NCBI RefSeq assembly: GCF_009914755.1
Contig: NC_060933.1
DNA length: 64,000 bases
Direction: 5' to 3' (one strand)
From: the human T2T-CHM13v2.0 reference genome, Homo sapiens
In this document: piece by piece, positions 40,380-56,085 of the stretch
Layout: each line of letters starts with the position of its first letter
Numbering within the stretch: the first letter of the stretch is position 1
Notes under the pieces: model-generated
Database searches by the model: none
What the model was told of the DNA's origin: nothing
The model's input: only the letters and a program-made list of their open reading frames with translations
Position numbers and translations under genes: made by a program

Positions 40380-40750
40380 TGTTCATGCTCTTCTCTTTGC
40401 CTGGAATGCCCTTACCCTAACTTATCCACCTAGTGAGCACCTCTGCATCTTTAAGGTCTCAATGCAAGGGTCACCTCCTATATGACCTCCTCCTCCACTA
40501 CCTGTTAGGCAGATCTGACCACTGCTTCTTTCATTTGTCCACATCTCCCATCACACATGTGCCTCAGCACCTATAGTGCTTCAGGGAACTAAACTCTTTA
40601 CATGCCTGCCATCTTCTCACTTTTATACTTCACTGCTGTTTAAAGACAAAGCTCTTGTTTGAAGCATCTCTACTTCCTTAGCACCTAACCTAGGGTCTAA
40701 TGCACATTACATAATAAAGTCTATCCAGTGAAATTAGAATGAATGAAAGA
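40380..40750 (+). mobile_element. L2 fragment
   Basis: ttcatgctcttctctttgcctggaatgccctt...tctcaatgcaagggtcacctcct...tagcacctaacctaggg...gaatgaatgaa. Confidence 0.7.
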
Positions 40751-41439
40751 AAACAAAAGATACTTATAAGTGAATATTAAATACTGACAAGTTATTCCAC
40801 TGAAACTCTCCTGGTCATCTTTGTTGATGATATACAGTACCATTTTTCAAAAAGCAGAAACAAAAAAACTCCAAGTCAATCCTTTGATGTCTCTCCACAT
40901 AATTGCTAACTAGATCTGAATGGAATATGAAGTCAGTGGGGGTAGTAATTATAAATCCATCTTCCTGGGCCAGAATTTTACACTGGTCAAGGCTGCCTCT
41001 GTAACTCTCTACTCTGGATTCATACATTCACATTGTTTTCTTGCTTTGTAATAAAGAAATGCTAATTATCTCCCTAGTATCTCCACATTCTTACTATACC
41101 ACCTCCTACTCCCAAATTCACTGGTCAACTTTACACTTTACACTCAAGTGTAAAGCCAAAAGGCCAAGAAGCGATCACTGGTCAACTTTAACCCCATCTA
41201 AGCACAAATGGTGTCACAAATGGTATCCTTGAAGCATGAAAATTAATGGTGAACTTCTTGGGAACATGTAAATGTTTGTGGTACAACTATGAGGATGTTC
41301 TGGAAAATGGAAAATGGCAACATCTGTCTCACACATGCAGGCAAACAAGTCTGACCAAGAACCACTGTGCTCAATACAGCCATCTAAGTGTTTTTCATAA
41401 TGCCAGAAACATAATGAACACCTATACCTCCAGACTTCT

Positions 41440-44125
41440 CAGAATTGTGCAGTGTCTTGGAGTGTGGGCTCTGGAGATAGCTTGCCTGGGATCTGCTATT
41501 TGGGGACTTAGGCAAATTACTTAACATTTTTGTGCCGTATTTCTCCATGTCTATGTCTTCTCATCTGCCAAACAGGGATAAAGTTAACCCTCCCTCTGAT
41601 ATGGTTTGGATCTGTGTCCCCACCCAAAACTCACATTCAACTGTAATGACCAGTTTTGGAGGTGGGGCCCAGTAGAAGGTGATTGGATCATGGGGGGTGG
41701 ATCCTTCATAAATGGTTTAGCACCATCCTTTGGTGCTGTTTTCATGATAAGAGTTCTCATGTGATCTGGATGTTTCAAAGTGTGTGGCACCTCCCCCTCT
41801 CTCTCTTCCTCCTGCTCCAGCCATGTAACACATGCCTGTTTCCCCTTCGCCTTCCACCATGATTGAAAGTTTCCTGATGCCTCCCCAGAAGCTTCTATGC
41901 TTCCTCTTAAGTCTGCAGAACCATGAGCCAATTAAATCACTTTTCTTTATAAATTAGCCAGGCTCGGCTATTTCTTTATAGCAATGCAAGAACAGACTAA
42001 TACCAAGGAGTGGGGCATTACCATGATACCTGAAAATGTGGAAGAAGCTTTGGAATTGGGTATGGACAGAAGTTGAAAGAGTGTGGAGGACTCAGAAGAA
42101 GACAGGAAGATGTGGAAAATAGTGGAACTTCCTAGAGACTGCCTGAATTATGACCAAAATGCTGATAGTGATATGGACAGTGAAGTCCAGGCTGAGGAGG
42201 TCTCAGATGGAGATGAGGAACTTGTTGGGAACTGGAGCAAAGGTCACTTTTATTATCCATTAGCAGTGAGGTTGTAGGCATTGTGCCCCTGCTCTCGGGA
42301 TCTGTGGAACTTTGAATTTGAAAGTGATTTAGTGTATCTGGAGGAAGAAATTTCTAAGCAGCGAAGAGTTCAAGATGTGGCCTGGCTGTTTCTAAAAACA
42401 TGTGTTTATATATGTGAGCAAAGAAATGAGCTGAAACTGGAAGTTATATTTAAAAGGGAAGCAGAGTGTAAAAGTTTGGAAAATTTACAGCCTGGCCATG
42501 TGGTAGAAAAGAAAAAAGCGTTTTCAGGAGAGGAATTCAAGCAGGCTGCAGAAATTTGCATAAGTAAAGACAAGGCAAGTACTGACAGCCAAGACAATGG
42601 GGGAAGGCCCCAAAAGCATTTCAGAGAACTTTCTGGCAGCACCTCTCATCACAGGCCCAAAGGCCTAAGAGGGAAGAATGATTTTATGGGCCAGGCCCAG
42701 GGCCCTGCTGCACTGCACAGCCTCCAAACACTGCTCCCTGCATCCCAGCAGCTCTAGCTCCAGTCTTGGCTCAAAGGGGCCCAGGTACAGCTCAGGCCTC
42801 TGCTTCAGAGGGTGCAAACCATAGACGACTTGGTGGCTTCCACATGGTCTTAAGCCTGTAGGTGCACGAAATGCAAGAGTTGAGGCTTGGAAGCTTCTGC
42901 CTAGATTTCAGAGGATGCATGGAAAAGCCTGGATGTCCAGACAGAAGCCTGCTGCAGGGGTAGAGGCCACACGGAGAACCACTTCTAGGGAGGCGTGGAG
43001 GTGAAATGTGGGGTTGGAGCCTCCACACAGTCTCCACTGCAGTACTGCGTAATGGAGCTGTGACAAGAGGGACACCATCTTCCAGACCCCAAAATGGTAG
43101 GTGCACTGTCAGCTTGCACCCTGCACCTGGAAAAGCCACAGGTACTCAATGCCAGCCCATGAAAACAGCTGCCAGGGCTGCACCCCACAAAGCCTCAGAA
43201 GCAGAGCTGCCCAAGGCCTTAGGAGCCCACCTCTTGCACCAGTGTGGCCTGGATGTGAAACAAGGAGTTAAAGGAGATTATTTGGGAGCTTTAAGATTTA
43301 ATGACTGCCCTAGGGGGGGTTGGGGCTTGCATAGGACCTATAGCCCCTTTATTTTGGCCAATTTCTCCCTTTTGGAATGGGAATGTTTACCCAATGTCTG
43401 TACCTCCATTGTATCTTAGCAGTAATTAACTTGTTTTTTGATTTTACAGGCTCATATAGGTGGAAGCACTAGCCTTGTCTCAGATGAATCTTTAGACTTT
43501 GGACTTTTGAGTTAATGCTGGAATGAGTTAAGACTTTGGAGACTGTTGAGATGGGATGATTGTATTTTGCAATGTTTGAGGACATGAGATTTGGGAGGGG
43601 TCAGGGTGATATAATATGCTTTGGATCTGTGTCCCCACCCAAATCTCATGTTCAATTGTAATGCCCAATTTTGGAGGTGGGGCCTGGTGGGAGGTGATTG
43701 GATCAGTGGGATAGAGCCTTCATGAATGGTTTGGCACTGTCCCTTTGCTGCTATTCTCGTGTTAGAGTTCCCATGAGATCTGGTTGTATAAAAGTGTGTG
43801 GCACTGCCCATGGCTCTCCCTTCCTCCTGCTCCAGCCATGTAAGATGTGACTGCTTCACCTTCACTTTCTGCCATCATTGAAAGTTTCCTGAGGCCACCC
43901 CAAATACTGTTATGCTTCTTGTTAAGCCTGCAGAACTGTGAACCAATTAAACCTCTTTTCTTTGTAAATTACCCAGTCTCAAGTATTTCTTTACAGCAAT
44001 GTGAGAACGGACTAATACAACCTCATAAGGTTGTTGTGCATCTAGTATTAACAACATACATAGAGGACTCAGCACACTATCAAGCACGCAGTAGGTACTT
44101 AATGGATGTTAACTGCTACTGTTGT
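41440..44125 (+). mobile_element. MIR split by the MST provirus (41440-41596 and 44020-44125)
   Basis: The 5' half (ggctctggag...ggcaaattacttaac...tcatctg) continues after the provirus (acctcataaggttgttgtg...gtaggtacttaat). Confidence 0.8.
41597..44019 (+). mobile_element. Complete MST(A)-type MaLR provirus: 5' LTR 41597-~42003, internal ~42004-43611, 3' LTR 43612-44019
   Basis: Two homologous LTRs (tgatatggtttggatctgtgtccccacccaaa...actaataca), MaLR internal sequence with broken ORFs, purine tract before the 3' LTR, and a 5-bp TSD ccctc/acctc. Confidence 0.95.
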
Positions 44126-45089
44126 TATTGATACTATGATTGTTACATGCCTGTCATTGCTTTTTTGCTCCATTGTCTTTCTAAAGAAAATATTCCTTTA
44201 TAATTCCTTGCACAAAACAAGATAGTAAATAATGCTGTTTAATTCTCTTCTCATTTCCAATATTCTTTCTGCTTTAAGTCTACGGCCAATGTTTTTTTTA
44301 AAAAAAAAAAAAAACAAAAAACCACATGTCATCACAGAAGAAAAGTTTCCTGAAAACAAACCATACAACTTTTCTGACTACCAGATGTGCCAATGACTTG
44401 TGCACTGGTTTTCATTTTGAAACACTGCTTATTTTTAGAGACTACATGATGTATTTTAAACATGTGTTTACTGCTCAAATGAGGACCTAAGTGGATGGCA
44501 TTCTGAGTACCACATACATTCTAGCCAAAATCACTGTATGCTAGTAGGGAATGCAAACGTTTTGCATTTTCAAATTTCTGAACCTAGAGTTCACCTTAGC
44601 AGGGCATGTTTTTAATTAATGTCTTCATTAGTTAAAAGGGTTCTCTTGAACTCAAATGGCTGATTATGTCACAATTATCACTACTGAGGCTGCATCATTC
44701 AGAACTATTTATGTGTATCCACTGGTTTTAAAAATGACATAGATACAGGGGGAACAAGAATGAAATATATCTGGGAAGAGCGGAGAGAAGCAACCAACAA
44801 TAACGTTATTGTTCGTTATCTGACACTTATCAAATGCCAACCACTAGCCAGGCAGTCCACAGAGACAATGGTGAGCAAGATTAACCCAGTCCCCCATGGA
44901 GCCCACAGTCTAGCCATGAAGATGCACACCAAACCAACCATTCATTATAAAAGAGGTGATCCCTGCTCCTAGGCTGGGTCATATAAAATGATATTCTTAA
45001 TAGGTCCAAAATGATCATACGAGAGCAATTTCTATATGGTTCAACCTAACACACACACAAGGTGTTACAGAAACAGAAATATACATATT

Positions 45090-45250
45090 AGGGTTTGAGT
45101 CTTGCCTCCCGCCCTTACTGGCTGTGTGATATCAGGAAGGTCCTTAAGGTCTCTGTGCCTCAGCGTACTGTTCTAAAATGGGGTCAGTAATAATACCTAA
45201 CTCATAAGGTTGTTCTGAGGATTAAAAGGGTTAGTAAATATCAATATATG
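45090..45250 (+). mobile_element. MIR
   Basis: cttactggctgtgtga...ctctgtgcctcag...taaaatgggg...ctcataaggttgttctgaggattaaa. Confidence 0.85.
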
Positions 45251-45749
45251 CCTCACTGCCTCTAAGCAGCAGGGTTTTCTTCCCACACTTTTCCTTGAAA
45301 ACATTTTTAAAGCTACAGAAATGTCACAAGAATAGAACATTAGATAAAGTTGAAGCTCATCGTACTATCTATCTATCTAACCATCTCTATATATAAACTT
45401 ATTTTGTATTACAGTATTAATTTTTGAACCATTTAAGAATAAGTTGCAGATTCCATGTCCTTCATTCCTAAATATATAACCATAATATAATCATTGAATT
45501 CAAGACACTTAGCAATGATATAGTATTAGTATGTAATATGCCATCTACACTCAAATGTAACTTATGGAACAATTGTTTTCCAATCCAGGATCATGCATTG
45601 CAAACATAGGTTTTGAGACTCCCATTCAGGTGGGCATTCAAGAATGGGTTATCACCAACTAGGGTTGGGATATCACTCGACACTTGGGTACTAAAAACAG
45701 ACAGAAAAGTGGAAAAGATGGTGGAAGGAAAGAAGTGAGAGGTTAACAG

Positions 45750-45960
45750 TACATAACACAGTAGCTAAGAGCCATAGATTTCCATCCTGGCTCCACCACT
45801 GACTAGCTGTGTGACCTTGGACAAGTTACTTAAGCTCTCTGTGCCTCAGTGTCCTGATCTCCCAATGAGGTTAACACTAGCAGTTACCTCAGTTTGGAGG
45901 ATTAAAAAGTCTAATATATGTAATAGGGCCTGGCACTTAATACATTGTTAGTTCTATTTA
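45750..45960 (+). mobile_element. MIR
   Basis: cctggctccaccactgactagctgtgtgaccttggacaagttacttaagctctctgtgcctcag. Confidence 0.88.
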
Positions 45961-46071
45961 TATTTTATTAAAGAACTTGTCTCTCATATGGTACCTTTCT
46001 GATATTGTTTCTAGCACCTCTTCTCCTGAGTGCCCAGAAACAGCATGCTGATGCCTTCCTGCCCAAGACCT

Positions 46072-46074
<3 letters not shown>

Positions 46075-46122
<48 letters not shown>
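46075..46122. repeat. (AC)24 microsatellite
   Basis: Perfect dinucleotide run. Confidence 0.97.
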
Positions 46123-46124
<2 letters not shown>

Positions 46125-48596
46125 CGTACATCTGTCCTCGCCTGAACGGGATCCAGGTTTTATTTAGGCCATTCTAGTTCCTCATATCCATTTTCTCTTT
46201 CTCTCAGCTATTTTAGAAAACAATGATTACTTCGAACTAAGGTGTCAGGGACTAGCAAAATACCTCAAGAACATTTTACTGCAAAACACTAATACAACAG
46301 AAAATAAGTAAAATTTCAAAACGTGGCAAGAAAGACTGAAAGGAATTTTTTTTAAAACCTCTCAACCATACCCTTTTACTGTGCAAACCTGTTTTATATA
46401 AGCCTGGCCCTTTTATTTCCTAGCAAGCACAAATTCAACTACAATTGAAGTAGAGTTGAAAGCCAATTTAGATCACTTGCAATTGAAGTTTTTGCAACTT
46501 TGAGGCTCAAAGTTTCCCATTATTTTTAGTTCTAAGCACCTAACTATCCCTAACTGGCAAGGCTTCCTTTAATAATGAAATCAATGCCTAATATAAAATA
46601 TGAGTCTTACACCTCCTTCAAAAGCAAATAAGTCCCAGATGCTATTGGAAAATATTTTTATTTTGCATGGGAAATGGTGGCTGGCCTCCATACCCAGCTT
46701 GTGAATGTAACTTTGGTCATTTAGCAGAGTAATTTTACCTCTTAGCCTTAGTTTCTTCCATCTCTAAAAGACAAATAATACTATACACCCAACATGGTTG
46801 CTTCGAGGATGAGTGAGACCCAACATATATGATGTGCCTGCTCAGTAAAGAGTAGTTGTAATTTTTGTTAATGTTATTGTCATGATTATGTTACGGAATG
46901 ATATTTTTAGTAATGCAAATTGAGCCATAATGGGGAGAATGATTATCTAACTTAGGTGTGCAAAATGGTAGGAACACTTCTTTCTAGCCATTTTTTAAAA
47001 AAGGAACTGTCTCTCAGTATGCCCTTCTCTGTCAAAGTAGAAAGAATAAGCGGGGATGAGTAGTTCAGGAAACCTTCTTGTTTTCCTTTGGGGACTAAGC
47101 TTACCATGGAAAGACAGAGTTCTTTGCCACATGGTATACACCTTACCTAGAAGGCTTGTCCTGAAAGAGCTGCCCTGGACTAGGGAGATAAGATGGCCTA
47201 ATTCTACAGTGCAGTCAGCAGGTCCAATGGACTCTCACACAAAGTTATGCCTTCCAACACATCCTCTATCAGAAAAAAAAAGATATTCTGGTGGGAAAGA
47301 AATACATTATTTATTGTGGGTCCCCTCATAGACCCCAAATTATGTTAGGAATTACGGCATATACATTTCATCCCTAAGGTTTATTAGCTTAACACATGTC
47401 AAAGCGTTGTCTAGAATTGTCTACTTAGATAGCATTATCTCTCTTTTATTTGGGATTATCTTTATTGCTATTTTAAATTTAAAAATAATATGTATTTGTG
47501 TATGTGTCCATGTGCTTTAAAAGGCAAATAATGCAAAGTTATAAAAAGAAAAAGCTCATAATCCACCCCCGACATCTATCATTCCCTTAAGGTAATGAAC
47601 TCTAACAGCTGAATGTGTATCCTCCCACATTCTTCTCTGAATTCATTCAAATATGAGTATGTATGTTCTAATTCTAAAGGCAATGTGAGTTAGGCACACA
47701 TTGACCCCTATATTCTTGAGAGAAGTCATCGAACTATGACTGTTTTGACAAAGAATAATGTCTCTAAGCATTATTACTTATTACTCTAAACTCTTACTGC
47801 TACTCTAAACATTATTATATTACTCAAATAACATATCTAATATAATATACATATTCATTCTTATAATGAAATATAGGTACCCACCAATAAATAAAGAATA
47901 GAATCTTAGGCAAGGCATAGTATCAATCCAAGCCTTTCCTCTTTTCTCAAATGGGAGAAACATCAAGTATATGAAAGAACTTTGAAAAGTATATTCTTTC
48001 ACCACAGAAAGAAACAAGTACCCTTCTCTCCCATCTGCTATGCAAAAACAGATCGATGAAGGTAAGCACAGGTCATCAAATTCTCTCACCTTTCATGAAT
48101 ACTCCTCCTTAGAGCTAGAAACATCCTGCATACCAAACACCCTAGGCTTGCTATGTAGTGTTTTGTCAAATTCATAATATTTCACTGCTGAGATACATTA
48201 GTAACAATTTAATGAACATATGTGACTGTATGGTGTATTACTCTGAAATACAGTAAGGCATGGCTAAATGGTTACGAACACCAAAGGATGACAATTAGAA
48301 TGAAATAACCGGCTCCTATATTCAGGGGCAAAGCAATCGAATTTGGCAATTGTGACAAATGCTCAAAACTGTGCAAAACCTATGGAAGGTAAGGAATGCT
48401 GGATATAACATCCTACCTCCATGGCGCTCACAACCTCTGAAGAGATAAGATATACTCACCTAGGAACAATCGGATAATGTCGCTAGACTGTACAGTATTA
48501 AGCATGAAGCTAAATCATAGAGACAGGAGCTCAGAGGAGGAGGGCAATCCCTTTGTACTAGGTAATTCATCAAAGAAGAAGAGTATGAACTACAAA

Positions 48597-48871
48597 CACG
48601 TTTCCCAAAGTCCTTCAGGATGTCCAAAGATGTTAAATGACAATGAAGTTGGCCTCATGGAGATGTCCACAGTCCAGTAAGCTTGGGAACCCCTAATACA
48701 ACAAAGTTAAACATATCTCTTTACTGTAAGTCTTCAGGAGCCTTTAAAAATGTAAATGCATGTGATAAATCTCCCAGAAGACCAAATAATATTTAAAGTA
48801 CATTTGTTTAGGGAGGTTTTTCCCAAGGGACTCATCTAAGACTGGCATTCTAAGGAATACCCTTTAGAAAA
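48597..48871. mobile_element. MER103-like hAT-Charlie fossil
   Basis: gtttcccaaag...ttgggaac...acaaagttaaacatatctctttactgtaagtcttcaggagcctttaa. Confidence 0.65.
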
Positions 48872-50869
48872 GAATAAGCTAAAACATGAAGGAAGAATGA
48901 GCACACAAATGAGAAGGAAGTAGTAGGGTGTAGACACAGAAACGAAAGGGAGGAGGCACAATGTGTCCTGGAGAAACAAAGATGAGCTAGGGCTGCCTAC
49001 AAGAGGAGAAAGGGAGAAGACAGAGTTTAGAGGGTTGGTTCAATCAGCCCTGAAGAACTGATTTAAAAGCTGGACATTACTTATCCAACAGTGGTTCAAA
49101 CCTGGCTACATATTGGCATCACCAGTGAAGCTTCTCAAATGCAAATTCCTAAGCTCCACTGCAAACCAACTAAACCAAATGATGCTGATATAACTAGTCA
49201 CCTGATGTGCATCTGGGACCTTGTGCTATAGGTAGTGGCGCATCCCATTAGAAGCAGAGTTCACCCAAGATTAATCTGGAAGAGATGGGGAGAAAGGCTG
49301 GAGGAGCACATGAACCAGCTGTACAGACGGCATAGCAGCCACAGGGTGGTAAATGACAAAATAAGAAAGCAATGGTTATGAAGCAAGTTAGAGTAAGGAT
49401 TTTATAATTAGTTGCTAAAGATTTAGGCGATCACATTTAAATGGGAGAGGGGGGCCATATAATGTCTATTTGGTGACTTCATTACAAAGACAGCCAATAA
49501 ATAGGTCAAATCTGAACCCAGGGAGATTCGCATGAATCATGCAATCTCCTACCACCTTGTCTTCAGGAGTTCAGCTTGAATCTTCCATGTTTATCCCACA
49601 AAGAACATAACTTTCATACCAACATTCTTCCAACCTTAGTCAGCATTCAGGAATGCTGTCCACCAAGTATGGAATCACCAGCATTACTCACTGCAATTTA
49701 TCCCTGTATTAAATGGAATCACATTTATACCCAAGAGATTAAAATGTATCATATTCCTTTCTGTACCACTCAGTGCCCTGGATTCCTGTGCATGGAGCCT
49801 CAATCTTGCTCCCCACCACTGGGCACTCCCAGTAAGATGATATTAGGAACCTACAGCTCTGAGCCACTTCATAAGGATGCAAAGATAAATTAAGCAATAT
49901 TCCTGGAGTTTGTATTCTAAAGTCCCATCCGTCAGCTATTGTATATCAATTATCAACTAATTAGTAGAGAGTGCTCATGCTGACCCCTCTGTTCTCTCTT
50001 GTAATGATTTGCCAAGTTAACTGAAAGCTGCTCTGCTCCATAGAGACTCTTAGTATAGCAAGAGTGTTAAATAAAGTTCACCAACAATTAGCCTGGAAAA
50101 CCAAAGAGGAAATGTAAGCACATTTTACTGCTTCTCCCTCGACAAATTTTCTAGCAATCCCAGGGGAAGTAAGCAGATACATTTGTTAACTAAGCAAACA
50201 AGTACTCTGAAAAACTGAAACACCAGCAGAGGCACAACTTAGTAATTTATTGCTCACAGATCAGGTATTTGTTTATTGTGTCCCTGCTCTGTGCTACACT
50301 ATATACTCTAGGGATTGTGGACACACAGATGAGTCAAATCATTCTTGCCTACCATCTAATTTAATAGGCTTAGATCAAGCCTCATCTGGTGGACACATCT
50401 GTGAAAATATATAAAAGTGGAATTATTATACTTACTGTGGAAAAAGAGGACTTCCACAAATATAAGAAAGAATGAATGGAAGGGAGGGAGAACGCATATT
50501 GTCATGGGAGAAAACTGCCTCAGTTTCCCAAAGACACATTTACTGGGTGTTAGGCTTGGTCCTAGGCCGTACAGCTAGCCCTTGGTCAAAGATCTTACAA
50601 CCAATTGGAGAGAGTGTTAACTAACACAGGAAACAATTGGGAAACACCTAATCTTAAATTGAGTTGCTTCACTGCTGAGTACAAAAAGAGCTCAAATGAG
50701 GAAAAGATCTGAATACACTGGAGGAGGCTTAGTAGAGGAGTGAGACTTCATCTGAGCCTTTTAATGGCAGGAGGAGAGGGGGCAATATGAAGAGTTGGAT
50801 GGCCAAAATGAAGTGAGGTGCATGTGCTGAGGAAGTATTATGGAGGCAGCATGGGGGAAGCCGTAAAGA

Positions 50870-51080
50870 ATGAGACACTAGGGCCAGAATAGCTTCCCTT
50901 ACCAGCTGTGTGACCTTGGGCAAATGCCTTAAGCTCTCTGTGCCTCTATTTCCTTGTCTGGGAAATGGGGATGATAATTGTTCCCACCTTCATAAGGCTG
51001 TTTGGAGTATGAAATAAGTCACGTATGTAGACCACTTACAACAGTTTCCAGCACACAGTAAGTACTCTATAAGCTGTAGG
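50870..51080 (+). mobile_element. MIR
   Basis: cttaccagctgtgtgaccttgggcaaatgccttaagctctctgtgcctc...aaatggggatgataat. Confidence 0.88.
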
Positions 51081-51843
51081 CATTCATATTCTTACTAAGA
51101 TGTTATCAGATTGCACACAACCTCCAAAACCAGGCACCCCAAAGAGCTACAGTAGACTTGCAAGCATGGGTATGTTGTAAGGAGGGAGCAAGAAGATAAC
51201 AGTCTATTTCCAGTACATTTAGAAGCAGAGCAAAGGCTGAAGGCAGGAAACCAAGCTAGTAAGATGTTGCCATAATCTCAGGGTGAGACCAGGCTGGGAA
51301 GAGCAAACGGAGCAAACAGGGTAAAGCCCAACTTATCTTATTAAGAAAACAAGTAAGATGGTTGCTGAAGTGCCTTTAAGGAATACTAGATTCAGAACCT
51401 TTCTTCCATAAATCAAGGTTGTATATCTCTCAACCTGCTTTTTCCCCTGCCCCAAGCCAAACAAAAGCAGAGGCTGGGTGAGAAATGGCAAAGCTGCCTC
51501 TGGGTGAGACCCCTCACTGTACGGAGCAATGACTGGTATCCCCCAGACAGCAAGTGCTCACCAAATATCTGTTGGATGAATAGGTAATGAATACAACTTT
51601 TAAGAACAATTCATAAGTCAAGTACAGTTCAAGGCCACGAATCAAATTGAGCAGTTCCTCTGAAATGTGTGTAAGTCATGATGCTAAAGAAGACTGAGGT
51701 CCCTGGTGGACACAACTGTTGATATGTCTCTAAATTACTCAACAGACAGAAATATTACTCGTTCGCCCCCTCTGTCCATATTCCCTCCTGTTACATACAG
51801 ATACACACAAACACATTCAGTGTGAAGGGAGGGTAGTCTAAGC

Positions 51844-52190
51844 CAGCAGTCCCCAACCTTTTTGGCCCCAGGGACTGGTTTCATGGTTCGTGGTTTCATG
51901 GAAAGCATGGAAGGGGTGGGCACGGTTGGGTGGGGTTCAGGATGAAACTGTTCCACCTCAGATCATCAGGCATTATAATTAGATTCTCGTAAGGAGCACG
52001 CAACCTAGATCCCTCACTTGCACAGTTCACTATGGGGTTTCTGCCTCTATGAGAATCTAATCCCACTGCTGATCTGACACGAGGCGAAGCTTGGGCTGTA
52101 ATGCCCACTGCTCACCTGCTGTTGTGTGGCCTGGTTCCTAACAGGCCACTGACCCATACAGGTCCACGGCCAGGCAGTTGGGGACCCCTG
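51844..52190 (+). mobile_element. MER1B (hAT-Charlie) with intact 8-bp TSD
   Basis: TIRs cagcagtccccaac / gttggggacccctg; TSD GTCTAAGC at 51836-51843 and 52191-52198. Confidence 0.93.
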
Positions 52191-52316
52191 GTCTAAGCTA
52201 CTCAATATAAATCAATGGGACTTTTTTTTCAGTATGTAAGAGCTGGTTCAGAGGCAAAATCGCAGCCAATTCTTCATATTAGATATAACTTCTTAGCCTG
52301 TAAAAGGCATATCTTA

Positions 52317-52625
<309 letters not shown>

Positions 52626-53041
52626 CTAAGCAGTAATTTCCCATTACTGTCCAAAAAGACACATTCTCTATCATAAATTGTTTCTGCTCCATATTCTGCA
52701 TGGGCTTGCAAGTCCAGATGGGATGCCCAGAAGCCTCAGACCCAGAGGGAAGGAAAATAGTAATGAAGATTACATTATTTTGCATTAAAATGAAGTCACC
52801 CCTATTTCCAAGAAATGGAAAGTACCCAGCTTCCTCCCAGAAGTCCCCCAGAGTTGCTCAACTATCTCATAAGCCAGATACCCTTTCCTCCTCTAGACTG
52901 TAATTGTTAACTCTGAGCTCCAAAGCCCATTCAGCAGCTCATGTTTATGGCAAGAAAATTCAGCGAGCTATTATTTGTATTTTGTGCTCCTTCGTCTCAA
53001 GAGAGGTTATTATAAAAGGGCCAAGAGTAGACACTGTTTGA

Positions 53042-53412
<371 letters not shown>

Positions 53413-55324
53413 TGAAGGTGGCAGAGCCTTCTGAAAGAGGATAGTGCCTCTAGGAGGGAGACAGAAGGAGAGAGAGAGGTGGGATTGCCCAAAGTCTGGG
53501 AAGAACAACAGTTTGATGGTCCCTGAGTAGCAAGACAGCTCCCAAGGAAGGCAGTGGGGGTAAAAGGTATGGCTGCCTGGCCAAAATACAAAGGCCAGAC
53601 CTTCGGGCCTGGGCTCCCAGCTCCAGCAAAACCTCCTGTGTCCAAGCAATGCACAGAGCAGCAGACTCCTAGAGGCTATGTGGGGCTTGGTCAAAGGGCA
53701 TCTCAGCAGTAACCTGAAGAACCAAGAACACAGAAAAGCTCCTGGAATGTTCTGCTCTCTACAAACACCCTGGGATTCTGTGTCACCTTGGTAGTGTATC
53801 AGGCCACCCCAACTAGCAATAACTGAGATTAAATTTCCCACTAATGAGTAAGATGGAATCTTGGCATCTGATTTGTTGTGATTTAAAGGAAATAATTTAA
53901 ACAACCATTTCTTGTATACATAAATTGGTAGAATAAGTCATACTACAGATTTGCTGAAAATTGGAGAGGTAGGAAGGCTGAAATATCTACCTTTTGGCTC
54001 AGAAAATTTGTCATTGTATAAAATCACATAACTTTAACTAAAATACCAAAATATAAAAATACAATTTTAACATCACAAATCTCAACACACAGGCAATCTG
54101 GCTGAGGCCTACATAATGTAATTCCCTTCTGTTTCTTTTATTTAATGCTATTTTTTAACTTATAAGAGAACTAGAGTAATGTAAGCATTTCTGTAAACAT
54201 GATTGGAACATGAGTTAGTATCGAAGTAAATGTGACTTTCATCTCTGCACCTTGTAGATGCGAATCCAGACACGGTACCAGCAATAACTCCCAACTAATC
54301 ATATCTGAAATTAGGTCAAAAAATGAGGAAGAACAGAGTAGGTGCTCACTTACAACCCAAATTCTTTCCCATCAAAATGAAAAAGCAACCATAATACATA
54401 TTGATGCCAGTATGAAAAAATCTAAATTAAGAGTTGTGCTTATGTTCTCCCTAAAATAATACTATTTTAAAAGTAGCAGTATTTATCTGAATTTGAATGC
54501 TAAAGCTGAGAATAAACATGAAGAAAAAGTTAAATGTTAATCAAGTTGATAGCTTATTCCCTGAATAATATACAAAGTCTTAGAAGAGAGTAAATAACAC
54601 ATAATAAACAACATAAGATTCTATGGTTTTCAATGTTAATGAGAAGGAGAGAAACAAAATCCTTTCCTAATTATCAAAGAGTCAATTAAGTAGAGGCCTT
54701 AGCTTGGGGGTTAGAGTGCCTCCTCATTCAACTGTTCCAGGTGAATCAAATTATCAACTCTGCCAGGATGTGGTCTCCTGTGTTCTAAACATTCCGTAGC
54801 AAAACAAAAATAACAAAACTACAGGCAGAAATCTCACTTTGATCTTCTTATACAATGAGTGGAATACAAACCTTGAAACAAATCCAGTTTGAAATAAAAT
54901 ATTATAATAAATCCCCAAAAGTCATCGGGTAATATTAGCACCTTACAATGGGCAGAAAAATTATGAAGAGATCTCCAAAGTATTTCCAATAAGGAAGACT
55001 GTTAGACATTAATCTCAACAAGCTCATACTAACTCCAAATTCTCAAAATGGAATCAATACAATTTCCTTCCAAACCTAACCCATCTAAGTGTATGAAATT
55101 TTCACACTTAAGGATATGCATGTTTCAGAGAAATTTTGAGAAATCAAATTATGTTTTAAGGCTGAAAGATCAGTGAGGAAATAAATCACTTTGGCCAAAT
55201 TTCACAGGTATCCGCTTCCCTTTCTTCTCTCTTATAGCTGTTGGGTACTAGTTAGCCAAACCTACTCTCTGACATACTCACCTTGCAAAATATCCAGAAA
55301 AAAAGAATAAAGATATGTGTCTTT

Positions 55325-56085
<761 letters not shown>

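Noticed and set aside
42083-43419. ORFs of 64-158 aa as protein-coding genes
   Set aside because: Broken remnants of the MaLR internal ORF
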